NCBI GenBank assembly: GCA_965216315.1 | Contig: CBDCFN010000016.1 | Span: 512,001 to 576,000 of the forward strand | DNA: 64,000 nucleotides | Reading direction: 5' to 3' | DNA from: a bacterium | GTDB lineage: Bacteria; UBA10199; 2-02-FULL-50-16; JAJFLM01 | Notes under the pieces: generated by a model | Databases searched by the model: none | Seen by the model: only the letters and a program-made list of their open reading frames with translations | Told to the model about the DNA's origin: nothing | Program-made: the position numbers and the translations under genes | Shown: positions 35,624-45,400 of the stretch, piece after piece | Layout: the number at the start of each line of letters is the position of its first letter | Numbering within the stretch: the first letter of the stretch is position 1

Positions 35624-38600
35624 AAACGCTAAAATAAGTACATTGCGGATGATGAAAGACGATGGCCGACACGGAGGCCTCTGGATCCATCATGAAGCCT
35701 TCCGTCAACTCGACACCGATTTCCTCAGGAGTCAGTAGCTCAAAGAGGATCTTTTGATCCGCTAATTCGGGACAGGCCGGATAGCCGAAAGAGTAGCGTT
35801 TGCCCTGGTACTTCGCCTGAAAACGTTGCTGCATCGTCATGTCCTTCGGATCGGCAAAACCCCACGCGCCGCGTATCTTGGCATGGAGCCATTCCGCGTA
35901 TCCTTCCGCGGATTCCAGGGCGAGAGCTTGGAGCGCGTGTGATTTGAGATAGTCTCCGGAAGCCTTCCAGCTTTCGGCCTGTTCCCGGATACCGAAGGCG
36001 GCGGTCGTGACAAAAAGGCAGATATTGTCGCTTATTTTTTCTTGTCGTGGTGCCGTGTAATCACTGAGGCAGAGTCCGTTTTCTTTGGCCTGGCGCGGAA
36101 ATTGAAATGACGCTACTTGTAGGCCCTCTTGGTCAAACAAGTTGAGCTCATTCCCCTCACTCGCAGCGCGGAAAAATTGATAAATAGCTTTTGGCTTAAA
36201 AAGGGCCTTCGCACAATCACGCTTGAGTTCTTCGACGATCTCAATAATCTCCAGGGCCTTTCGGCTTTCGTCAGTGTCTTTGAGTGCTGTCGTGCCTTCC
36301 TGTTGCCAGCGGTCGATGAGAGAACCCTTAATGCCTAAGTGGCGTCCATAAAGCATGCGCGGATTGATATAAGCCCAGATCTCTGCGATGGGCGTCCATT
36401 CCAGTAAGTGGCGCTTATAATCAGGAGGTGCAGGAATTTCGCTGCATAATTCAATCTGTGAGGAGCGCGTCGTGCTAATTTTTGTTTCGGTCTTTTTAAT
36501 CGGCGTAAAATCGATCTGAGCGACCGCCTGTGCCTCTTTAAGTTCTGATTTGAGAATATCAAAGGCCCGTTTGTCGCGGATACGCTTGGCGAGGTCGAGA
36601 CCATTCATGGCATCTTGTGCATAGACCGCGACACTTCCATAGGCCTTGGCAATCCGCGTATCGGTAAACTTGCGCGATAAAGCGGCCCCTCCGACCATCA
36701 GTGGTAATTCGATGCCGGCATTCTTGAGGTCTTCAGCAGTCACTTCCATTTGTTGAGCGGATTTAACGAGTAGGCCCGAGAGGCCGATGATATCCGGCTT
36801 GTGTTCCTTGACGGCCTTGATGATCTGCTCCGGAGGGATCTTGATGCCGAGGTTGATGACCTTAAAAGAATTATTGCTCAAAATAATATCAACTAAATTC
36901 TTGCCGATATCATGCACATCACCCTTTACCGTCGCGAGGAGGATAGTGCCTTGGGCGGCGGAATCGGCTTTTTCCATATGGGGTTCTAAATGAGCGACCG
37001 CGGCTTTCATGGCCTCCGCACTCTGCAGAACTTCGGCGACAATCATTTCATTCTTGTTGAAGAGTTGACCGACCTTATCCATGCCGGCCATGAGAGGCCC
37101 GTTAATAATCTCGAGCGGTTTCATTGTTTGCAGGGCTTCATCCAGATCTGCATAGAGCCCGTCCTTACTGCCCTCGAGTATGTAATTGCCGAGGCGTTTA
37201 TCCAGTGGCAGTTTGGCTATTTCCTCTTTGGGGACGATTTTTTTTGAACGAAAATAATTTGCGAAGGTGGCGATAGGATCATCTCCCCGGTTGTGCATGA
37301 GGTCATCGCACAATTGAATTTCCTCGGCAGGGATTGCCGCATAACGTTGCAGTAGTTCCGTATTGACGATAGCGAGGTCGAGACCCGCCTCAACACAGCG
37401 GTGCAGAAATACCGAATTAAGCACTTCGCGACCGGCTGTGGGAAGCCCGAAAGACACGTTGGAGATCCCAAGTACGGTTTTGCATTCGGGAAAATTTTCT
37501 TTGATTGAACGAACTCCTTCAATCGTTTCAATAGCTGATCCCTTGTATTGTTCGTCGCCGGTCCCGCAAGGGAAGACAAGAGGATCAAAATAAATATCGG
37601 CGGGCTTTACACCGTACTTATTGACTAAGAGGTTATAAGACCGTTCGGCAATCTCAAGCTTGCGCGCTCGTGTGACACCCATTCCTTGCTCGGGATCTTC
37701 ATCAATGGTTCCCACTACGAGGGCCGCACCAAATTGATTGGCGATCGGGACGACTTTTTCAAAGCGTTCTTCGCCATCTTCTAGATTAATAGAATTGATA
37801 ATCGCCTTGCCTTGAGAATAAGTGAGCGCCTTCGCAATAACCGCTTCATCCGTTGAATCAATCATAAGGGGGACACGGACCTTTTGAATGACCTGATCCA
37901 GGAATCGTTCCATGTCGAGCATTTCATCGCGGTCTGGGTTAGCGAGACAGACGTCAATGATTCCGGCTCCGCCCTTAAATTGACGGCGCGCGATCTCGCT
38001 GGCCTCTTCAAATTTTTCTTCGACGATCAGGCGCTTAAACTTACGACTGCCGATGACATTGGTCCGTTCGCCGACGAGGATGGGCCGCTTTTCATCTGAA
38101 ACCTCGAGATAGTCGATACCGGATAGGAAGGAGCCCTTAACCACTGGAATGGTGCGAGGCGGACAGGAGTCGGCGACCTGTCGTAAGGTTCGAATATATT
38201 CAGGCGTCGTGCCACAACAACCTCCGATCACATTGATCCACCCTGATTTGGCAAAATGTTCCAGATGCTGGCCCAACATTTCAGCGGATTCAAGGTAGTT
38301 GCCGTCGACATCGGGCAGACCGGCGTTGGGAACACAGGCGATCGGTACTTGTGCTAATTGGGCCATCGAGCGGATATGGTCGGTCATAAACTCAGGACCG
38401 GTAGCGCAGTTGAGCCCCAAGTATAAGAGGGGTCGATGATCTAGTGAGACGACCAGGGATTCGACGGACTGGCCGGCGAGCATCGTGCCCATCGGTTCAA
38501 TGGTTCCGGAGACGGCAACGGGGATGGACTCATGCCCCTCATTGAAAAGACGGTCGATGGCCAGCAAGCCCGCCTTGATGTTGCGCGTATCCTGCGCCGT

Positions 38601-39098
38601 TTCAAGTAGGAAATAGTCACAGCCGCCTTCGTAAAGGGCCTTGGCTTGGACGTAAAAATGTTCGATCAGCTCATCAAAAGTGACGCCACCGGTGACGCTA
38701 ATGGCCTTAGTGGTGGGACCGATGGAGCCCGCGACCCAGCGCGGGCGGTCCGCTGTGCTGAACTTGTCGGCGGCCTGCCGCGCCAAACGGACGGCCTCCT
38801 TATTTATTGCTTCGGTCTTGGTCTCAAGACCATATTCCGCGAGGACCAAGGGTGTGGCGCCGAAGGTGTCTGTCTCAACGATATCCGCTCCGGCTTCGAG
38901 ATAACTTTCGTGAACGCCTTGAATGACGTCCGGTCGCGTCAGGACGAGATTTTCATTGCAGCCTTCCAGGGCCTCGCCCCCAAAATCAGCTGCCGTGAGG
39001 GCGCATGTCTGCAGGGCCGTCCCCATCGCCCCATCGAGGAGGAGGATGCGCTCGTTGATGGCCTTTTTGAGGGCCTCTGTGCGGTTGCGACGATCCAT
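35622..39098 (-). CDS. metH: B12-dependent methionine synthase
   Basis: LDGAMGT, GLNCATG, GGCCGT, GERTN, GDVHDIGKN, RYSFGYPACP. Confidence 0.98.
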   Translation of the reverse strand: MDRRNRTEALKKAINERILLLDGAMGTALQTCALTAADFGGEALEGCNENLVLTRPDVIQGVHESYLEAGADIVETDTFGATPLVLAEYGLETKTEAINKEAVRLARQAADKFSTADRPRWVAGSIGPTTKAISVTGGVTFDELIEHFYVQAKALYEGGCDYFLLETAQDTRNIKAGLLAIDRLFNEGHESIPVAVSGTIEPMGTMLAGQSVESLVVSLDHRPLLYLGLNCATGPEFMTDHIRSMAQLAQVPIACVPNAGLPDVDGNYLESAEMLGQHLEHFAKSGWINVIGGCCGTTPEYIRTLRQVADSCPPRTIPVVKGSFLSGIDYLEVSDEKRPILVGERTNVIGSRKFKRLIVEEKFEEASEIARRQFKGGAGIIDVCLANPDRDEMLDMERFLDQVIQKVRVPLMIDSTDEAVIAKALTYSQGKAIINSINLEDGEERFEKVVPIANQFGAALVVGTIDEDPEQGMGVTRARKLEIAERSYNLLVNKYGVKPADIYFDPLVFPCGTGDEQYKGSAIETIEGVRSIKENFPECKTVLGISNVSFGLPTAGREVLNSVFLHRCVEAGLDLAIVNTELLQRYAAIPAEEIQLCDDLMHNRGDDPIATFANYFRSKKIVPKEEIAKLPLDKRLGNYILEGSKDGLYADLDEALQTMKPLEIINGPLMAGMDKVGQLFNKNEMIVAEVLQSAEAMKAAVAHLEPHMEKADSAAQGTILLATVKGDVHDIGKNLVDIILSNNSFKVINLGIKIPPEQIIKAVKEHKPDIIGLSGLLVKSAQQMEVTAEDLKNAGIELPLMVGGAALSRKFTDTRIAKAYGSVAVYAQDAMNGLDLAKRIRDKRAFDILKSELKEAQAVAQIDFTPIKKTETKISTTRSSQIELCSEIPAPPDYKRHLLEWTPIAEIWAYINPRMLYGRHLGIKGSLIDRWQQEGTTALKDTDESRKALEIIEIVEELKRDCAKALFKPKAIYQFFRAASEGNELNLFDQEGLQVASFQFPRQAKENGLCLSDYTAPRQEKISDNICLFVTTAAFGIREQAESWKASGDYLKSHALQALALESAEGYAEWLHAKIRGAWGFADPKDMTMQQRFQAKYQGKRYSFGYPACPELADQKILFELLTPEEIGVELTEGFMMDPEASVSAIVFHHPQCTYFSV

Positions 39099-39159
39099 TT
39101 TACTCTACAAATTCTCCGCTACGCTGCGAATTTGTTCCGCGGCTAAAGCGCAGCTTCAG

Positions 39160-39230
39160 CCTTAGCGGTTGATACGGCCCCGCATCAAAACAAAGATGCG
39201 GCGTGGCGGCAACGGTTAAATCCGGGCCCC
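39160..39230 (-). ncRNA. SAM-II-like riboswitch candidate (long-loop variant) upstream of metH
   Basis: Minus strand GGCCC-GGAUUUAACCGUUG...[CCGCAUC/GAUGCGG hairpin]...GGGCC-GUAUCAACC-GCUAAG: P1, GAUUUAACCG core and 3' GCUAA as in SAM-II. Confidence 0.6.
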
Positions 39231-39440
39231 TATATTAAGGAGTCATGCTGAGCGAGGGTGTGCCCCGCAGGATGCGACTTGAGTCCAAAAAAACAGCAAA
39301 AAAAGTGAATGTGGATAACTTGTCGAAATGTATGATTTCTATAGATTATTTTGTCCACATTCTGACGCAGCGCGCTATTGAAAGGAATTGTAAACGAATC
39401 CTCGAAACTTTAGGCCATAACTGTCGAAACTTGCGGAGCT

Positions 39441-42400
39441 ATGGTGCCTATAGCCTCATTTTCGAGCTCGCTTGCGTTGGGTTTTCCGGCGGCGACCGCC
39501 ACGTTTCAAGCTCCCATGCTCTTGGCATCGGGTCGTACGAACGATCCGATGACGGCGGTGATGGCGGGTGCCGGCTCGTTTACCAACTTGACCGAGCAGG
39601 GAGACGGGCAGGATCAACTGTCGTTGGGCAGTGATGCGAGCTCCGCCTTATTGGCCCAAGGAACGGGTCTGCGCGAAGAATCTCCCGTCCTTTCACTCCT
39701 GGCCACCGGTGCGAACACCGACCCTGAAATGTCTAGTGATGTGGATGGACCGTCGCTATCGGTTCAAAATACCGCTGCCATGACGGCGGCACCGTCACGC
39801 TTTATGGGGCGGGCGAGTCAATTTCTATCGACGATGGTTTTTATTGGGGCCATGTTCTGTGGTGGCTGCGGAAATGAGTCCACTACGGATAATCGTCCCG
39901 CTGTGACACGGGCGATGCCTGAAGGGATTAATCAGGCCGAGACCCTGCGTGAATCCGCTTTTATTTTTGGTCTCACGGATATGCCTTCCGGCGAACTTAA
40001 TGATCCCGCCACCGTTGATATAGCGATCTTAACCGGCGCGCCTTATCAGGCCTTTAAGGCCGACTTGATACGCGTTGATCCGCGCCTGGCTGCACAGTGG
40101 ACGGAAGTGGAAGCACTCGTCCAGCACCTAACTACTGCAGCGAATGTTCGCGACGGGAATCCTAATGTGGTGACACGCGCTGAAATGGCAACACGTCACG
40201 ATCCCGCGACCAACTCCACGGAATTTACCAATGCGGTTCGTACGCTACGCCTCGCACATAATATTGTTGCCGAATATGGACGGCGTGTTGAAGGCCGTGG
40301 AGCGGCGAGTGTTTCAAGACCGTCTGATCAATCGAGTGATCACGATTCACCTTTAGGCACACTACTCGGAATTTTAGCGCTATTGGCCCTGGCAGGGGCG
40401 GGATTCTATATCGCCCGTCAGCGTAAGACGATGAAGGGGCAGCAGCAAACAATCAATGACGGGAAGCAACGGCTCAGAGAGGCTGAGACCTTAATCAAGG
40501 ACTTAAGTCGGAAACAGGTTTTATTAGGCCTCGATCAAGGTGAGCAGCGGTACGAAGATATTGCCGCTCGTCTGCAAGCGGCAAAAGAGAAAAACGCCAG
40601 TATCAAGAAGTTGCAGGCGGATCTCACCGAAGTCGAACGTGATAATGTTGAACGTGCAGCCGCACTGCGCGAGTCTAATCGGAAACGCTATGAAGAGATG
40701 CGGGAAGAAGCGACTCGGGCGGCGGAAGAAGAGCGCGTTTATAAATCGCTGAAGCGCTATCGGGACTCGCTGCGCGAGCGGTTAGAGAAATTGCAGGCGG
40801 ACGAAGACGAAGATCCGGCGGTCACCGTTGAAAAACTCCGTGAGAAGATAGAAGAATTTAATAGTGCCATCAAGGAACGCGACCGCCTCCAAGCTGAATT
40901 GGATGGGCTCAAAAGCGACAATGAGGGCCTCGATCAGCAGAAAGTAAATCTCCAGGCGGAGATCGACCGCTTGCAACCGATCATCTTTGAGCTGCGCCGA
41001 GAGGTCGGGACTCTAGCCGGTCAGGCACGAGACCTAAGGGCAAAGAAGGAACAACAAGAAAGCGCGCGGGATGATTTTAACGAGAGTATTATCACGTTGA
41101 AATCCGAGCTTCATGCGTTGGGGCTCACCATTAACAGCCTTGGTACCGAGAAGGCCGAGCTTGAGCGGGAGAAGACGTCGCTGATTGCAAAACGAGACGC
41201 GGTTACTGCTGCGATCGCGCAATTAAGGGGAAGCATTGCGGAGCTGGAAGCGGCCTTGCCTCAGTTGGCAGCTGAACGCGGACGCCTGGATGAACAGAAA
41301 AGTCAATTAGAGCCTCAAGTTGAGGAACAGACCCGTCTGCGCAATGCGGCTCAGGAGGCTTACGATACGACGTTGAACACCTTGAATGGCCTCAAAGACG
41401 ACGAGCGCGATTTCACCACTAGAAAGACTGAATTGGAAGACGAGATTGGCGAGAAAGAAGGGTCAATCGAGAGTCTCAAGTCAACAATCGGTACGCTGGA
41501 GGCGCGGAAAAATACCTTAAATACGGAACTGACCGAGACCAAGGAAAAACATGATAAATTAGCTGAGGAAATACCCGGTATTGAACGCGCTACTCTAGAG
41601 GCTCAGGCGGCTCTCGCGGATCTGATCACGAGCCATGAAGATAAAGTAAGGATACGTGGTGAAGAAGAGGCAAAGGCCCAGGCCAAGTCGGACGCGGTTG
41701 CCGAGCAAGACAGAATTATTGGAGAACTTCGGGCCCAGATTGAACAAGATGATCTGAAGTATAACGCCCGTTTGGCGACGGCGCAGAGCGAGCGGGCACG
41801 GCGTGGCGCACTCCGACAGGAAATTGCCCGCATTGAAGCCGAGATTCGTGCTTATGAAATCGAAATGGATGGGGTCAGTGCGATTGACGCCCAACTCCAA
41901 GAGGCGACCGAGCGGAGTCAATATCTAGAAACGGCTCAGTTTGTAGATGATGAAGAAGCCAATGCGGCGAAGATTGAAATGAGTGAGTTGGCTGATCGTC
42001 TCGGAAGGTTGCAGCGGCGCCGTGAAGAAATGGATCTTGTCGCGCAGCGTGTTAGCCTCCGTGCCGAACTGGAACCTTTCGCGGCTGCGGGCGATCACGT
42101 TTCGGGTCAGGCTGTAGAGCTGCAGTTGAAGATTGATGCCCTGACGGAACGCATTTCCGCCGGCGAAGCCGGCCTGACGGCCCAGCGCGACGAGCTGAGC
42201 GCCATGCGGGGAACGCTGCGTAGCAGCAGAGACGAATTAGAGAGTGAACTTGAACGGCTGACAGAGACCGTCCGTCAGCTCAGCGGTGAAGTTGATGGCT
42301 TGAAGCAACGGCTTCGCGAAAAAAATGAACAATTGGAAGGGCTTCAGAGCGAGGATAAGGGCTTAAATGCGGATATCCGGAGTCGTGAGACGGATATCAG

Positions 42401-45400
42401 TCTGGCGGAGGGCGAGATACAGAGGCTCAAGGGAGTTCTCGAGCAGACCCAAGAGCGCAAGGAGGCTGCCGAAGCCGAGGCGCGTGCCAAGTTTGAAGAA
42501 CAGCAGCAGCTTAACGAGCAGATTGCAGCCGCACGGCAACGCGCCCAAGAAATTCATGAAGATATACTTCAAAAGGGTATCCAAAAGGCGGAGGCGGAAG
42601 CGGCTCGGGATGATTTGCAGCAACGCTATGCACAAGTGGAAAGTCAAGTCCTCGCCGTTTGGGAGCAGGTCACCGAAGTTTATGCAAACTACATGGAACA
42701 TCGCCGCTTCATTGAAGCGGTCTTGAGGCTTATTGCAAGAGTTGCGCGTCCGATCCAAGATGATGAGGCGACCCAGCCGGAACTCTACATAGAGGCCTTG
42801 GATGAACGCCTTCAGGAGGTTCAGCAGGTCATTGATCAGGTTGGTACGGCTGAGCATCGTCATGAGGATATGGTACGCGCCTCTGAGCAACTAGGCTCGA
42901 TGATCCAGCGAGTTGAGCAACAAGTCGTGACGATGGAGAGTGGAATTGGCTTGCTCACGGAAAAAGATCTGGAGCTCCAGAATCGCATTGCCGAACTTAA
43001 GGGTGAGATAGAGGAGTTTAAAGCGCATCGTGCTGAGGTCACGGAGCAGCGAGCCGAGCGCGATCGTTTGACTGCGGAATATCCCAATGAGCAGTATCAA
43101 AATGTTGATGAAGAGTTGACGGACTTGAGAAATCGCGTACCGGAATTACAAGGCAAGGCCAATCAGCTGGATATCCTCAAAGGTCAAATTTCTGGCATTG
43201 CCGAACAGTATGGTGATCTCGACAACGCTATTGCGCAGGAAGAAGCGCTGAAGCAAGAGGCGCAAGATGAATTAGATGAGCGGAATAGAAGGCTGGCGGA
43301 GCTTGATAAGAGCAAGGGAGAGTTAGCCGAGCAATCTGCTGCGGTCCAAGCGAGTATTGATGAGGCGGGGCAAGAGATAAAAGACAGGGAGGCCGAACTT
43401 GCTGAGGCCGAAGCCGAGCAGGAACGCGTCCGTGCCCAAATTACAGAACGGGAAAAAGCGCGTGACGAAGCGAACGAGGCGCTTGATGTCGTCCGCGCCG
43501 AGGCCGAGCGGGTTCAAGGACAGATTGAATATCTTAAAGGTGAGCTAGAAAAATTTCAGCAGAATCAACCGGCGTTGGTTGATCAGCATGCGCAGCTCCA
43601 TAAGGCCTTCCAAGTAATTACTTATATGACGCGACGGATGGGAGATATTCAATCGCAGCTAGAGGCCCTTCAGCCCATGTATCCGGATCTTGTCGATCCT
43701 ATCCTCGCGAGAATCAGCGAGCAAAGTGCTACTGATGTCGTGGATCAGGTGACGGCCTTTGAACTCTTGCTCCTGATTAATGCCTTGAATGCCGACATTG
43801 CCCGACTTTCAGTGACGACGGTGCGCGCCACGGGTGCGCAGATGATGCGCGGTGAGGTTGATGATGTCTATCAGCCTCCGATCGTTAAGGTCGCAGCAAC
43901 GCCCGATATGGGTGAGCTGGCGCAGACGGCGACTCAGGGAATGGGCCGCAAATACGCCGAAGATACGGTGACGCACGCCCATGATGATAACAGAAATCTT
44001 TATATACTCGACGTTGACGGGATGGGCGGGCACGAGAAGGGTGATGTCGCGGCCGAAATTGCGACCGAGCAATATACGCTGACGGCGTCCATTCACGGTG
44101 ATCCCATTGCCGCCTTGCGGGCTGCGAACACTTCGATGCGACAGACTTTTGCTCACAAAGGAGACAAAGCACCCGGGGCCTGCGCGGTTTCGGTTCGGAT
44201 TCGTAAACCGGAGCAGGCGGGGGGTGCCCATCATGCCGATTTTAACTGGCTCGGCGATACCCGCGCAATCGTGTTGCGGCGCAACGCTGCTGGCAAATGG
44301 CAGTGGCTCTATCGCACTGTCGATCAGAATATGGGCTTGGTTCATATGCAGGCGGGTGCCTTGAAGCCCGGGGTCGATTTTGAAGTCGGCGGCAAAGGAC
44401 TTGAGATGGCTCTGCTGACGGTTCCGAATAACAATGTCGTGATCAGTGCTTTGGGTCAAAAAGACGAACCAGACATTAAATATACCAAGGATGGTCACGT
44501 GCCGGCCGAGAACGATTGGGGGCGGAGAGAAGCAACTGAGTTTGCGGGCGGTGTTCCCTTGCAGCGTGGTGACGTAGTCCTGATGGGATCGGATGGCCTG
44601 TTTGGCAACTTTGGTAACATTGAAATGATCGCCAACTTAATTCAATATTGTGAGACCGCGGAAGAAATCATCCAAGTACTGACACGTGAGGCTCATGAGA
44701 GAATGGCGATCTTGCGGGAAGCAAAACGACATCTTAAAAACGGGGGCCGTTGGCCGTTTGAGCATCATGGGCGCTCGCTTTTCATTGATAGCAGCGGAAA
44801 AGTTTATGAAGAGGCCAATAGTACAAAGCCCTTTGATATTTTCAATATCGATAACTTCAGCGCGAGTGTCTATCTGCACAACCCGACCACGCCGCGGGCC
44901 CCGCACCTCGGTGCTGATGACGGTGCCTCCCCGGCCTTTAATGACGCCGTCACGGACCGCATTGCCCTGCCGACGCTCGAGCACAAGGGCAATAACCGTT
45001 ATGGTCTTACGATCCATAGTGGGACTCAAATAGTGGAGTTCAGACGCCGGACGGCGGATGAACAAGGAACGGGTTTCATTCAGCAAGGGAATAGGCTGAC
45101 GATCTATATTGATTCACCTAGAATTTCAAGGCAGGGCGAAGCGCGCATGATACGCGACGCCGACGGTGTCTACCAAATGCAGGATTTAGGCAAGGCGAAT
45201 GGCGTCCGCGTTTTTGAAGATGGGCAGCCGGTGCGCATTACGTCACATCAAAATTATCCGGTACAAGAGGGCGGTGTTTTCTTTGTCGGAGATTATCGCT
45301 TTGATATCGACAGGCTTCCGGAAGCTGTAGATGACGGCCCGATGGTAGAGATTGCGGTTGAAGAGCTGGAGCCCGTTGACGGTGTCGATCAGGTCGTCGG

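Noticed and set aside
39245..39634. 129-aa ORF upstream of and overlapping the giant gene
   Set aside because: Covers regulatory sequence and overlaps a real CDS out of frame; no motifs
40420..43800. SMC or chromosome segregation annotation for the giant protein
   Set aside because: No Walker A/B, signature or hinge motifs; has a TM anchor
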